Shown piece by piece: positions 39,067 through 50,006 of a stretch of DNA of 64,000 nucleotides. Location: NCBI RefSeq assembly GCF_000189555.1, contig NC_017276.1; one strand, written 5' to 3'. The stretch is from Saccharolobus islandicus REY15A (GTDB lineage Archaea > Thermoproteota > Thermoprotei_A > Sulfolobales > Sulfolobaceae). Every line of letters begins with the position of its first letter. Positions within the stretch are counted from its first letter, which is position 1. The translations under genes and the position numbers were made by a program. The notes beneath the pieces were generated by a model, which ran no database searches, was not told the DNA's origin, and worked only from the letters and a program-made list of their open reading frames with translations.

Positions 39067-39761
39067 CATTACATGCCATGCCTCTAACAAGCCTATGTTT
39101 GCAACCGTAGGAGGTGTGACATAATCATAGCCGTTGATTTCATAAAAATACATAATAGAAATCATAAGATGTGTAAACAGTTCAGCAAGACCTCCTAATT
39201 TCTCATTCAATTGTAGAAAATTCTTAAACTTTTTATATCCTCTATTCATCTTTTATGATCGGTTTAGTAGACAACTTTATATTATACCAGCCCAGATTTT
39301 CAATTTCATTCTTAATAAGGTCAAAATCCGCTCCTTCTTCTTCTACTGCGTCATGGAACTTCTTTAATCTCTTAATTAAATCTTTGGATTTATCTAAACC
39401 GCTAAGAAGGAATGGCAAATAACTAATAATTTCACTTAGGGACAACTTCGAAGTCCTTAAAACCCAATGTGAAAATCTTAACGATTTTATTATATATATT
39501 GTATTTTCAAATATGGAAGGGTCCTTAATCACTAACTATGTCTTTAGTTTTAAAGTAAGTTTTACGTACTATTTTTCTAAAATTGAAAGTATAAAGTTCT
39601 GTCTGTTCTCATTTAGCTGTGTTATCCTAGTCTCGTAAGGGTCTCTATTGAAATTTAGCTCATCTTTAATCCCAGTCTGGGTTTTTTATTGTGACGTATA
39701 CCTTTAGTCCAAAGTATTCAGCCTCATATTCTTTATCAATATTGGCTTCAAACCTTTTCAT
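39067..39761 (-). pseudogene. Multiply frameshifted gene of unknown function, truncated by the IS110 end
   Basis: Successive fragments MKRFEANIDK..., QTGIKDELNFNRD..., the 39242..39532 ORF and the N-terminal part of the 38983..39249 ORF, in shifted frames. Confidence 0.55.
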
Positions 39762-39854
39762 AGAGAATATTATAATTTGCAATGGAAACATGAATCGCCC
39801 AAACGTAAGGATAAACGGCTAACTTTATCAGTTTAATACACTACTATCTATATC

Positions 39855-41855
39855 GTGCCATTGGATGATTTAAATAAGCTAGTTAGGGAGAGACTTGGCA
39901 TCGACACTTACCCTTATCAAAAGTATATTAGTGAAGAAATAGAGAAAAATCTTGATAGAAAGGGGTTCATTATAATTTCAATGCCTACCGGTAGCGGGAA
40001 AACACTAATCGAACTATCCGTTGCCTATCATTTAATTAACAAGGTTAATAATATAATTGTATTAGAACCCACTCGGCTTCTTTGTGACCAAATGTATCAT
40101 AGATTCTGGAGGAAGGTCTTCGGTGATAATGTTGGCGTAGAGTATGAGGGAAATTGTGAGTCCTTTGAAAAAGGCAAGAAAATCATAGTATCAACTCCAT
40201 TTACAACAGCCAAATGTTTAGACAAGGCAGAAGCAATGATAATTGATGAGGTACATCATGCCTTTGGAGATGCTAGATACGAGGAGATATTAGTAAATTT
40301 AGAGCCTAGATTTTTAATAGGGTTTACTGCGTTACTACCCTCTTATAAAAAGTATCTTATAGACCCCCGTTTAATTAAGTTATTAGGTAAACCCGAGTAT
40401 TTAGTCTATGACTTCAAGAGCCTTACTAAAATAGATCCGTCCTTTAAACTCCCTAAGGCAATAGCTGATATTTTCGACTCAGAGTTTAACAACTTAGAGG
40501 ATTCAGTCTACGAGGCCTTCTTCAAGGGATTAATAAAAGGAAATAAGGAAACGATTAAGTTCTTAGAACTCACGTTCTATACTTATGGCAAAGAAGCTTT
40601 CTGTGAAAGCTATAGAAGATTAATTGGGAAAGTAGAGGAGAGTCCTTACATTGATTCAATTTGCGATTCAAAGGATTTAAGTCACAAAGCTAGAGCATTA
40701 AGAAGCGTCTTAAATATTTATAGAGTTGAGGAATTTAAACCAGTGCTAATATTTACCTCCAGGAAGTCAACAGCGTATGAATTCGAAAGGGCTATCTCTG
40801 ATCTAGGGAAGGTAAAAGTAATAACCGGAGACTCATCTAGATATGAGAGGTTAAAAGTCGTACAAAATCTTAGAAAAGGAGAAATTGACGTTCTAATATC
40901 GACAATTGTAGGAGAAGAGGGAATTGATATACCGGAAGCTAAATTATTAATAATGACAGACGTGCCTCAGAGTGCATTAAGGTTCTATCAAAGATTGGGA
41001 AGATTAATAAGAGGAAAGGAAAAAGAGGAAGGAGAGTCAGCTATAAAATATTTAGTTGTAACGTTGACCCCAAAGACTTCAGAATATGATAATCTAGATG
41101 AGGCATTAAGAAATCTTTACTTAGAAGGAGTAGATGTGAGTTACCTTATTGAGAAGAGGGAAGATAAGGGACCAGTTGCTAGGGTAGTAGAAATTATTAA
41201 CAAAAGCGGTGGACAAGTCTTAATCAATCAGATAGACGATACAAAAAAGAAGAGTAACCTCTCATTACTCTCATTACTTGAATCAAATGAAAGTAAGTCA
41301 CATGTTGACGAATATATTGATAGGACATTGAGAGATGGGAAAGCGCTGTACTATTACGATGAAGAGATGATGGGAAAGCTAGCTAGTCAAGTGTTATTAG
41401 GTAGTTATTGTAATATAGGTTTTGGAGAGACTTACATGAGGTTATGTAATAGTGAGTATAAGAAAATTGGAGAGATTTTATTGAGGAAAAAAGGAAATAT
41501 TAAACTAGACAGAAAAAGTTCTCTTAGGCCTTTCATGAAGCTATTCCTCTCAAGTAATTTAAACGAGGTAATGAAAGAGTTAAGCGAAAAGAAAAGTAAG
41601 TATGAGAAAGAATTGGAGGGAAAAGATTATAATGTTGAGGTTCATATGAGCCAGATTGGAAATGGCCTTTTAGCTCAAATCTTAATCTCAGCTAGTGTTG
41701 ATTCAGTTACTGTGAATCCTAAAATCCAAATAAATTATTATGACCTCAAAGATGAGAAGTTAGTCAAATTAAATTCTCTTCTTATAGCCTATAGCAGTCT
41801 AATCAATTTCTATAAACTAACTTCTACTGGTAATGGTAAGGTAAACTCCAAATAG
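39855..41855 (+). CDS. SF2 DEAD/DEAH-box helicase with an uncharacterised C-terminal domain
   Basis: YPYQ, MPTGSGKT, DEVHH, TAL, EGIDIP, QRLGRLIR. Confidence 0.9.
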   Translation: MPLDDLNKLVRERLGIDTYPYQKYISEEIEKNLDRKGFIIISMPTGSGKTLIELSVAYHLINKVNNIIVLEPTRLLCDQMYHRFWRKVFGDNVGVEYEGNCESFEKGKKIIVSTPFTTAKCLDKAEAMIIDEVHHAFGDARYEEILVNLEPRFLIGFTALLPSYKKYLIDPRLIKLLGKPEYLVYDFKSLTKIDPSFKLPKAIADIFDSEFNNLEDSVYEAFFKGLIKGNKETIKFLELTFYTYGKEAFCESYRRLIGKVEESPYIDSICDSKDLSHKARALRSVLNIYRVEEFKPVLIFTSRKSTAYEFERAISDLGKVKVITGDSSRYERLKVVQNLRKGEIDVLISTIVGEEGIDIPEAKLLIMTDVPQSALRFYQRLGRLIRGKEKEEGESAIKYLVVTLTPKTSEYDNLDEALRNLYLEGVDVSYLIEKREDKGPVARVVEIINKSGGQVLINQIDDTKKKSNLSLLSLLESNESKSHVDEYIDRTLRDGKALYYYDEEMMGKLASQVLLGSYCNIGFGETYMRLCNSEYKKIGEILLRKKGNIKLDRKSSLRPFMKLFLSSNLNEVMKELSEKKSKYEKELEGKDYNVEVHMSQIGNGLLAQILISASVDSVTVNPKIQINYYDLKDEKLVKLNSLLIAYSSLINFYKLTSTGNGKVNSK

Positions 41856-42641
41856 GGTTATCACGGAACCAATTATCTGGAATAACGTTGGGATTACGCC
41901 CAACACGGCGAAACTGGTAACGTAAGCCATTACTGGTACTAATAAAGACCCAGTACTTGCGTAAACGGTTCCCAATTCCCTAACTCCATTAAACCAGAAG
42001 TAAAATCCTAGAATTTGGGCTATGATAGCTAAAAGTAAAATTAGGGATAATGTAACTAGGCTAAATTTGAAATAGTAGTCAATTGGAGTAAAAGCTAAGA
42101 CTATGGGAACTGAGGTTAGGGTCATAAATGCGTTAAGCTTAGCGATGTTTTCCTTAGCTAAATTTCTGGAGTAATAAATAGTACCTACAGCCCATAATAT
42201 CCCAGCCAACAATCCGAAAACTAACCCAATATCAAATGATAGAGTTGCTGACGATATTACTCCAATTACTCCTAAAACTACTCCAATAATCCCTTTAGGT
42301 GTGATCTTATAACCCAGTAACCTTTCAATTATCAGAACAAAAATCGGTTGTGTATATATCATTACCGCTACCAAACCTGGATTTGGAGATAACCCAATTC
42401 CAAGATTTATGAGAATTAAGAAGAACGCGAAGTTAAGCAAGCCATTTACGAATTGTTTCTTACCCACTGATAATCCCTTCCCTAAAGCGAGAAAGAAAAT
42501 TGCAGCTATCCCAACTCTAAATGCACTAATGATCATGGGCGATGCTGAGTAGGCAATTATTTTAGTTAAGGGGAAGGCAAAACCCCAGAATAATGACAAC
42601 GGAACTATCCACCTAAGGAATGAGATTGTAGTTCTCTGCAT
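41817..42641 (-). CDS. EamA/DMT-family transporter
   Basis: Two repeats of about 5 TM; LFWGFAF and YTQPIFV motifs. Confidence 0.85.
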   Translation of the reverse strand: MQRTTISFLRWIVPLSLFWGFAFPLTKIIAYSASPMIISAFRVGIAAIFFLALGKGLSVGKKQFVNGLLNFAFFLILINLGIGLSPNPGLVAVMIYTQPIFVLIIERLLGYKITPKGIIGVVLGVIGVISSATLSFDIGLVFGLLAGILWAVGTIYYSRNLAKENIAKLNAFMTLTSVPIVLAFTPIDYYFKFSLVTLSLILLLAIIAQILGFYFWFNGVRELGTVYASTGSLLVPVMAYVTSFAVLGVIPTLFQIIGSVITLFGVYLTITSRS

Positions 42642-42660
42642 GCAGTTAAACAGAAAATAG

Positions 42661-42882
42661 TTAAAGATTAAAAATCTTAAGCTCGGTTTTATTTATAACT
42701 TTTAATGAGAGTTCATTATTTTCGTGAATTATCGATAAGGTTTTGGAAATTAGATAATATTCATCGAAATTAAGGCATTTCATGGCTAGGTATGTCTTCC
42801 CTACTTTTCTCCTACCGTAAATTAACCTCCAATCCTTCAAGTTTCTTATCTCGTTGCATTCTTTTCTTCTTATATCAAACAT
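42661..42882 (-). pseudogene. Truncated archaeal ATPase (Walker A only)
   Basis: LIYGRRKVGKT then a stop after 73 aa. Confidence 0.7.
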
Positions 42883-42944
42883 ATATTCATGAATATATAT
42901 ATTCGTTAATATAAAAATTAAAGTAAGTAATTCCCTTCTAGTTA

Positions 42945-43243
42945 GTGTTTACCCGTGGCGTAACTTTTCCTTACTTTTAATTACTTCTAATTCCACCACG
43001 GGCACCCCTCCTAAGGGATCATACACAGTCACCCTTAAATCATTGGGGCTGGTCGAGGGAAACACCACTATCCTCCCATCCACACTTTTATCACTCCCCA
43101 AACCTCGTGAGCAGTGCCCGTCATCAGTTGGGAGATCATCAATAGAAAATACATTGTAATACTATATAAACATTATTTAATCAAAACGGTATTTAGAAGT
43201 AATTAAAAATAACGAGTAGTTACATGAAAGAATTACAGTCTAG
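42945..43243 (-). repeat. 299-bp non-autonomous mobile element, copy B
   Basis: Reverse complement of 58421..58719 with about 4 differences; 16-bp subterminal inverted repeats TTTTAATTACTTCTAA. Confidence 0.88.
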
Positions 43244-43839
43244 TGTTTTAGATTAACCTCTGCAATACCCTTTTTGGCTGCTCCCATTACTTTCTCGTGA
43301 TCTTCTGGTGAAGGGCTTGGTACAACTATGTGTAAAGCCTCCATATAAGTGTCAGCCTTAACTCCTCTCTTAACTCCTTTAGGTACTATTACGATTGACC
43401 CATCACGTACTTCATATTCCTTATTGCCAACGGTAACTTTTCCTTGTCCTTGTAGTACATAAAATATTAAATCTGAATTTGGCGCATGTATTGGAATGTA
43501 TTGCCCTGGTTTGAAAAAGACCAAAATAACCCCATACTCTTCTTTTCTAAGTACTGGAATTGGAGTGAAAACTTCTCCAGTTTTTCTAAACTCGGAAATG
43601 TGTGAAATTATCGCCTTATTACTTTCTCCCTTCTTTTTTGTCAACCTTAATACGAAATCACCATTTTCCGTTTGCTCAACCTTATACTTCTCAACATGAC
43701 CAGATAATAGTTGTATTAAGTGAGATGGATAGTGATCAGCTATTACTGTCAACTCCTCTCCTTCTTTTAGCTTATCGAAGCTTTCTAACACTAGTCTGTG
43801 CCTATATTCTGGTTCCACACTTCTTAGATCTAGTTCCAT
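43240..43839 (-). CDS. DUF2249 plus cupin-domain protein
   Basis: LDLRSVEP...RHRLV...ADHYP (DUF2249); PGQYIPIHAP...VPKGVKRG (cupin). The stop codon coincides with the repeat boundary. Confidence 0.8.
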   Translation of the reverse strand: MELDLRSVEPEYRHRLVLESFDKLKEGEELTVIADHYPSHLIQLLSGHVEKYKVEQTENGDFVLRLTKKKGESNKAIISHISEFRKTGEVFTPIPVLRKEEYGVILVFFKPGQYIPIHAPNSDLIFYVLQGQGKVTVGNKEYEVRDGSIVIVPKGVKRGVKADTYMEALHIVVPSPSPEDHEKVMGAAKKGIAEVNLKH

Positions 43840-43876
43840 GGGATAGTGTTTTACCTTATATTATAAAAAATGGTAC

Positions 43877-43891
43877 GCTAAAACATTAGGG
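43877..43891 (-). promoter_or_regulatory. Candidate operator CCTA-N5-TWRG
   Basis: CCCTAATGTTTTAGC, 6 nt upstream of TATA TTTTTTATAA of the 43839 gene. Confidence 0.5.
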
Positions 43892-44033
43892 TTACTACGT
43901 TTTTTGAAAATGCCAGCTAGAAGTACAGAGTTGAGGACGCCTAGAGCTCTTTAGCGACCATATGAGATACACGTTAAATATACAAAAATCTCGGCACAAT
44001 TTTCTTAGACTTTCCGATTCACTTTATTTAACC

Positions 44034-44048
44034 ACCTATATTTTAGGT
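44034..44048 (+). promoter_or_regulatory. Candidate operator, perfect palindrome ACCTA-N5-TAGGT
   Basis: ACCTATATTTTAGGT, 5 nt upstream of TATA TTTTATAT of the 44087 gene. Confidence 0.6.
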
Positions 44049-44086
44049 CCTCCTTTTATATCTAAAGAGGTCATATAATCCATGAG

Positions 44087-44314
44087 ATGACAAGGTATAT
44101 AATTGATACTAGAGTTTTAGAGTTCTTCTCTCATAAGATAATTGAAAGAAGGATTAATGAGATAAGAGAGGGTGAAATAATAGTGGTAATTTCCAAAGTT
44201 GATCCGGCTAGGATACTTGCAAGACTGAAACTTAAGAAGGGTATTGACATTATAGTAAGTAAAAATAAAAAAGAGAATTGGATATTATATCTGATTAAGT
44301 CTTCTTACCACTAG
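44087..44314 (+). CDS. Small DUF2249/TusA-like protein
   Basis: IDTRVL...EGEIIVVISKVDP...WILYL pattern similar to the DUF2249 domain at 43839. Confidence 0.5.
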   Translation: MTRYIIDTRVLEFFSHKIIERRINEIREGEIIVVISKVDPARILARLKLKKGIDIIVSKNKKENWILYLIKSSYH

Positions 44315-44618
44315 TGAAAGCTAGAATTCCAGCAATCAGTAATAGGATAAATGATATTATTCCGATAAACCCCATGGCAGGTATTGAAAGTACTGCAGCT
44401 AAAACTAATAACACACTTGCTATTGTCTTATCTGAAATTAACGAACCGATTATACCCAAAACAAATGCAGGTATAACTAGAAATCCCATGAAGCTGTAAA
44501 ACATCATTCCTACATATCCCATCATTCCATATCTAGGGTAGAAAAATGCGAAAGGAACAGCTATTCTAATAATTAAAAGTAGTGAGCCAACCAATCCTAA
44601 AATTTGATAGTTCTCCAT
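44295..44618 (-). CDS. Hypothetical membrane protein
   Basis: 107 aa, about four TM helices; directly downstream of the copper-protein gene. Confidence 0.7.
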   Translation of the reverse strand: MENYQILGLVGSLLLIIRIAVPFAFFYPRYGMMGYVGMMFYSFMGFLVIPAFVLGIIGSLISDKTIASVLLVLAAVLSIPAMGFIGIISFILLLIAGILAFTSGKKT

Positions 44619-44621
44619 CTT

Positions 44622-45386
44622 TTACGTCACCACTATCTCTCCATACATTCCCATTTCTGCATGACCGGGATATTCACAAACGTAATAATATACACTTGGC
44701 TGACTGAAGGTGGTTGTAAAGTCGAACTCATAAGCTTGTCCAGAATTATAGTTCGCATAAGGTAACATTGGCGTCATTCCTATTGTATTCATTCTAATGT
44801 ACATCATAGGGTAATAGGGGTAAGGTGGTGGGACTGGTGTAATTGCAATATTATGTAACATATCATCATCTAGATTAATGAATACAACTTGAACTGTAGC
44901 TCCCCTAGGGATAATAAGTGTTGGGTTAATCAAACCGTAAATTACGAAGACGTCGTGCTGGGCATAGGCTGGCGGTTGTTGTCCAGTTAAGTTTATTGCC
45001 CTCTCATGACCCATTCCCAAAACTACTAATACTATATTTGAAGAGGTGAAAAGTAAAGTGTTGTTATTGGGAAACACTTTAACGTAAGATGGTATATTTC
45101 TCATCATGGATATTGCCTCGCTTATTGGAATAGTATTCTCATACAAGGTAGCATAACCTCCATAATTTCCCATCATGTGGTACATTCCTCCACCTCCCAT
45201 CATCCCTCCACCCATCATTCCGTAATTTCCTTGTGAATAATATCCCATGTACTGTAATTGTTGGTTATAGTATGCTAAAGAATTTTGGACAGGTAGGTAG
45301 TAATTATAATAGTAAGCATATCCTACTAAACTCGCAACCACAACTGCAACTATTATGCCTATTAATAGTAACTTTTTGCTTTCCAT
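44622..45386 (-). CDS. Membrane-anchored blue copper protein (sulfocyanin/rusticyanin-like)
   Basis: N-terminal TM anchor; LHNIAI His ligand and YYYVCEYPGHAEMGM Cys/His/Met type-1 Cu site. Confidence 0.88.
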   Translation of the reverse strand: MESKKLLLIGIIVAVVVASLVGYAYYYNYYLPVQNSLAYYNQQLQYMGYYSQGNYGMMGGGMMGGGGMYHMMGNYGGYATLYENTIPISEAISMMRNIPSYVKVFPNNNTLLFTSSNIVLVVLGMGHERAINLTGQQPPAYAQHDVFVIYGLINPTLIIPRGATVQVVFINLDDDMLHNIAITPVPPPYPYYPMMYIRMNTIGMTPMLPYANYNSGQAYEFDFTTTFSQPSVYYYVCEYPGHAEMGMYGEIVVT

Positions 45387-45393
45387 ACGTATT

Positions 45394-45408
45394 ACTTAGT
45401 ACATAGGT
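45394..45408 (-). promoter_or_regulatory. Candidate operator CCTA-N5-TWRG
   Basis: ACCTATGTACTAAGT between the TATA box and the ATG of the copper-protein gene. Confidence 0.5.
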
Positions 45409-45539
45409 TAAAAAATTTTGTGATTAATGGAACCTAGAAATTAAAAAGTTAATCTAAAAAATAGAAAAATTAGTTAGGTAATTTATTCTTTTATCTTTTA
45501 TTTGATTTTTTATTGGCATATCTATTGTAAAGCGTGTTA

Positions 45540-46239
45540 ATTAGCTCTATATATTTCTTGTGTATTTCTTTACCAAAACCTTTTCTTCTATCCTCTCATT
45601 TATCATGAATTATTTTGTCTTCATCATCAGATAGCAAATTTTCAGCAGTTGGAAATAGAACGTTATTTTCCTTATCGATATGGCTAGATAACAGGAGTGT
45701 GATCAACAATTTCATTTATTTGAAATTTATTAAAAATTACCTTAAAGCCTCCTCCTTTGGACACTTTAATTTTACAATAAAAATTTTATTTGAAATTTAA
45801 ATTATTAGTACTTACTTTATTAACTGACAAATCTTGTGATGAATTGAAATTAAATTCACACTTTATATAATTTATACTGAATTAACAAAATTGTTGTCTA
45901 CACTCGATAACAGCATGATAAGGTTATTCAAATCCTCTCGCAAGCCTTCGGGCTCATTGTATTTAACCTCATCCTATTATTATATCACTTAACTTGTTAT
46001 GCTCATATGCCATAACGTAAATTGGACCTCCTACCATCCCTTTATGTTCTAAAAAAGTCAAACAGTACTTTCTCTTCCTTAACGTGGTGGCAATTATCCA
46101 CGAAATTCTTCATGAAATCTATAATTATTTTAATATCTTGTATATTATCTGTGTTCACATCTATAACGTTCAATATCTCTAACGCTTTTAGAATAACAGA
46201 GTGTTCATCCGTTAAGGCCTTTATGGAGTTTAACATCAA
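45540..46239 (-). pseudogene. Hemerythrin (HHE) domain pseudogene
   Basis: Fragments LTDEHSVI...NCHHVKEEKVLF* and SHIDKENNVLFPTAENLL separated by stops and frameshifts. Confidence 0.8.
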
Positions 46240-46272
46240 TGTGTTTTTTCTTCTTTGAATATTATACTGGAC

Positions 46273-46287
46273 ACCTAATAATTAAGT
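46273..46287. promoter_or_regulatory. Candidate operator CCTA-N5-TWRG
   Basis: ACCTAATAATTAAGT, 6 nt upstream of the hemerythrin TATA (TATAATAT, minus strand). Confidence 0.55.
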
Positions 46288-46360
46288 CGTGAGAAGGAAT
46301 GTTAAACAATATGAAAATTAACAATAAAATATAAATACTAGTTTTTCCAAATAAAATTAT

Positions 46361-46636
46361 ATGAAAGTAGTTGTAGTACATCAATGGGAAGATAGTCAAA
46401 AAGATGCTGTAAATAACTTCTTTAACCAATTGGTTAGTATGGCTAAAGGTAAGAAACTTCCTAAAGGGATGAAGCTGGAAAGCGTGAGAATCTCTCAAGA
46501 CGCGAAGACTGCTATCTGCGAATGGGATATAGATAACATGGATTTGTTAATGCAAGCAGCAAAGCAATTTAACATAACGTGGAAAATCACGCCAGTGATT
46601 CCACAAACCTTATATGAACATAAGTCCTTCTTCTAG
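46361..46636 (+). CDS. Hypothetical protein, probable ferredoxin-like alpha/beta fold
   Basis: 91-aa ORF with its own TATA (TATAAATA); VVVHQW...AICEWD. Confidence 0.65.
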   Translation: MKVVVVHQWEDSQKDAVNNFFNQLVSMAKGKKLPKGMKLESVRISQDAKTAICEWDIDNMDLLMQAAKQFNITWKITPVIPQTLYEHKSFF

Positions 46637-46679
46637 GAATTTCGCTTTCTTTTTCCCTTCTCTTTATATTTTTGAGATA

Positions 46680-47294
<615 letters not shown>

Positions 47295-47311
47295 CTAGTA
47301 ATCAATATCAA

Positions 47312-47659
<348 letters not shown>

Positions 47660-47695
47660 AATTTAAACTTCATTAGTGGCTTAAAAAACAAAAAC

Positions 47696-47710
47696 GCTAA
47701 CAGATTAGGT
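47696..47710 (-). promoter_or_regulatory. Candidate operator CCTA-N5-TWRG
   Basis: ACCTAATCTGTTAGC, 7 nt upstream of TATA TTTTTTAA of the DUF488-regulator operon. Confidence 0.5.
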
Positions 47711-47727
47711 TTACAATAGTGAAACCT

Positions 47728-47958
47728 TTATTGTAGTTCAACCCTTATTGGCTTATTAGTTATATGTTGTAATCCAATATGTGTGAGCATGCTAGCAGCT
47801 CTTCTCCTTTTTTCATGGCAAACTGGGCATTCATATCCATCTTCCTTTACTATTGGCTTATACTCAGAGTGCTGAAGTACCTTGTGCTGATAGTAAAGGG
47901 AATTGGAATTGAATGTTTCTCCGCATACTTCACATTTTAAAACTATACGGTTAACCAT
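47728..47958 (-). CDS. Small C2H2 zinc-finger protein
   Basis: CEVC...HKVLQH and CPVC...HIGLQH. Confidence 0.85.
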   Translation of the reverse strand: MVNRIVLKCEVCGETFNSNSLYYQHKVLQHSEYKPIVKEDGYECPVCHEKRRRAASMLTHIGLQHITNKPIRVELQ

Positions 47959-47994
47959 AACTATAATTCCTCTCTGATATATAAATAACCAGTA

Positions 47995-48009
47995 CCTTAT
48001 TACTTAGGG
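47995..48009. promoter_or_regulatory. Candidate operator between divergent promoters
   Basis: CCCTAAGTAATAAGG (minus strand) between TATA boxes at about 47978-47985 (minus) and 48014-48021 (plus). Confidence 0.55.
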
Positions 48010-48048
48010 GTGCTATATAAATTTTCTAAATGCATAAAAGAAAAATAT

Positions 48049-48380
48049 ATGAATGAGAAGGAAAAAGGCGAATGGAAGGAAAAGATAATTCAAGGTTTAC
48101 ACGAGGTTTATGATCCTGAAATACCAATAGATATAGTTAACTTGGGATTAATCTATCAAATAAATATAAGTGATGATGGGGACGTATACGTTAGAATAGG
48201 AGCTATAACACCAGCTTGCTCAGTTACTGAAGATTTGCAGTGCACTGTTGAGCAAGTGATTAAGGAAAGCATACCTGCTAAAAGTATAAGGGTACAGTTG
48301 GATTTAGATACGAATGTACACCATTAATGATGACTGAAGAGAGCAGAAAAGAGTTCATAAGAAAATTCGGTTATGATATA
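48049..48380 (+). pseudogene. DUF59 / SufT-like Fe-S assembly protein, frameshifted and IS-interrupted
   Basis: VYDPEIPIDIVNLGLIY and TPAC motifs; expected W-T-P-L-M-M is out of frame at about 48313; the 3' end continues after 50108. Confidence 0.8.
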
Positions 48381-48570
48381 GTGAACAACCCCGCCCTTAC
48401 GGACGTGGCATCTCCACCTCACGATGGAGATTTCCTGCTTCTTCCAAGAAACTTACTATACACACCCTCAGAGAAGGGAATGTATAGCAGAGGTCCCCTG
48501 TCCACAGGCTCTAAGGGCAGTCCCGACCCCGCACGAAGAATATTTAGAGAAGCATTATAGTCACGATCTA
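48361..48570 (-). ncRNA. Predicted TnpB omega/reRNA
   Basis: Right-end scaffold ending TTCAC followed by flank guide TATATCATAACCGAATTTTC. The 5' boundary is an estimate. Confidence 0.55.
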
Positions 48571-49624
48571 CAGTCCAACCGCACTCAGGGCATACAAACA
48601 CACGGTCAGCCAAAGCCAAGTCCTTCTTAACGTAACCGCACCTAGCACACGTCTTAGAAGTATTCCTCGGATCTACTTTCACTACCCTCCTACCAGCTCT
48701 TTCAGCCTTGTAGGAGAGATAGCTCACAAACTTAGAAAAGTCAGAATGAAGAATATGCTTTCTCAAAACTTTACTTTCACTATCCTCAACTATATCCTTT
48801 ACATCAAGATCTTCCACGTATATCTCATCATACTCTTCTACTAACCACGAAGTCACCTTGTGAATATAATCACTCATCAAGTTCTTCACATGCTCGTGAA
48901 GCTTAGCTAGTTTTTTCCTAACCTTCTCGTAGTTTCTAGATCCCTTCTTCTTTCTAGATAATGATTTTTGTAAGATCTTTATCCTCCTCTCGACCTTATC
49001 AAAAACCTTGGGGTTCTCTATTACTACACCATCAGAAGTAGTTACTAGTTTATCCACTCCTAGGTCTATTCCAACCACTTTCCCAGCCTTTTCAAGAGGC
49101 TTCTTTTCCACCTCGACTTGAAAGATAGCATACCAACCAGTTGAACTCTTCTTTATTATAACTCCTTTTATCTCGCCTTCCAACGGTCTGTGAAAGAGTA
49201 CTTTTATCTCTCCTATCTTTGAGAGGATCAGCTTGTCTCCCTCAACCTTGAAACCAGATTGATTATAATTGATGATCTTCAAGATCTTCTTGTACCTCAG
49301 TTTCCCCACTTTCTTCCCTTTCTTCTTCAGTTCATGAAGAGCATTGATGTTGCTCCATAATTGGTTGTTAACCATTTGAAGGGCTTTAGAGTAAACTAGT
49401 TCCTTCCCTTCTATTTTCAACTCTTTCAGCATGTTTTGAGTGTCTTTAGGTGTTATCTTTTTCCCTTCTTTCCTCGCGTTGTTTATCACGTCTAGCAAGG
49501 CATTGTATACTTTAGCCTCAATTTGCATCACTTTGATTAGTTTCTCCTCTACTTCTCTCGTTGGGTAAATCTTGTACTTGAATGAGAGTTGGGTCTTGTC
49601 ATTCTTCTCCTTGGCTCTCCACAT
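48419..49624 (-). CDS. tnpB: TnpB RNA-guided endonuclease
   Basis: FKYKIYP HTH start, [28 protein letters not shown]. Confidence 0.95.
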   Translation of the reverse strand: MWRAKEKNDKTQLSFKYKIYPTREVEEKLIKVMQIEAKVYNALLDVINNARKEGKKITPKDTQNMLKELKIEGKELVYSKALQMVNNQLWSNINALHELKKKGKKVGKLRYKKILKIINYNQSGFKVEGDKLILSKIGEIKVLFHRPLEGEIKGVIIKKSSTGWYAIFQVEVEKKPLEKAGKVVGIDLGVDKLVTTSDGVVIENPKVFDKVERRIKILQKSLSRKKKGSRNYEKVRKKLAKLHEHVKNLMSDYIHKVTSWLVEEYDEIYVEDLDVKDIVEDSESKVLRKHILHSDFSKFVSYLSYKAERAGRRVVKVDPRNTSKTCARCGYVKKDLALADRVFVCPECGWTVDRDYNASLNILRAGSGLPLEPVDRGPLLYIPFSEGVYSKFLGRSRKSPS

Positions 49625-50006
49625 ATTTTTTCAGTACCTCCAGTGTTACTTGTCCGCTCGTTGCTAGGAAGTAGGAAGGTGACCAGAAGTGTCCTTTCCA
49701 CAGTTTTTCCTTTACTTGTGGGAACCTTCTCTGTATTTCTCTAGACGTGATGGTCTTGATTGCGTTCACGTACCTGGGTATATTTAGGGTTGGTTTTGCC
49801 TTGAATAACATGTGGAAGTGATCCTTATCTACTCCTATGTCTATGACTTCAACTTCGAATGTTTTGCTTATTTCCTGAATTTGTTCCTTTAGGAAGTTTA
49901 TAATCTCTTCATTATCGAACACCTTTCTGCGGTACTTCACCACCTGGACATAGTGGTAATAAAGAGCGTAAACCGAATGGGATCCTCTGTCCAATCTGTA
50001 CCGCAT
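49599..50006 (-). CDS. tnpA: IS200-type Y1 HUH transposase
   Basis: YHYVQVVKYRR, DHFHML (HUH), WSPSYF (catalytic Tyr). Confidence 0.95.
   Translation of the reverse strand: MRYRLDRGSHSVYALYYHYVQVVKYRRKVFDNEEIINFLKEQIQEISKTFEVEVIDIGVDKDHFHMLFKAKPTLNIPRYVNAIKTITSREIQRRFPQVKEKLWKGHFWSPSYFLATSGQVTLEVLKKYVESQGEE

Noticed and set aside
42945-43243. Identifying the 299-bp repeat as the known SMN1 MITE
   Set aside because: As I recall, SMN1 is about 320 bp and shares ends with ISC1733; this repeat shares no end sequence with the ISC1733-like element at 48381-50108. Left unnamed pending BLAST.
42943-43248. 8-bp direct repeat TAGTGTTT as a target-site duplication of the 299-bp element
   Set aside because: The same word belongs to the element end in the other copies, and copy A (58421) has no such duplication; it looks like target-end similarity rather than a TSD.
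48327-48560. 77-aa ORF as a real gene
   Set aside because: It is a chimera of the DUF59 3' fragment and the antisense strand of the IS605 right end.
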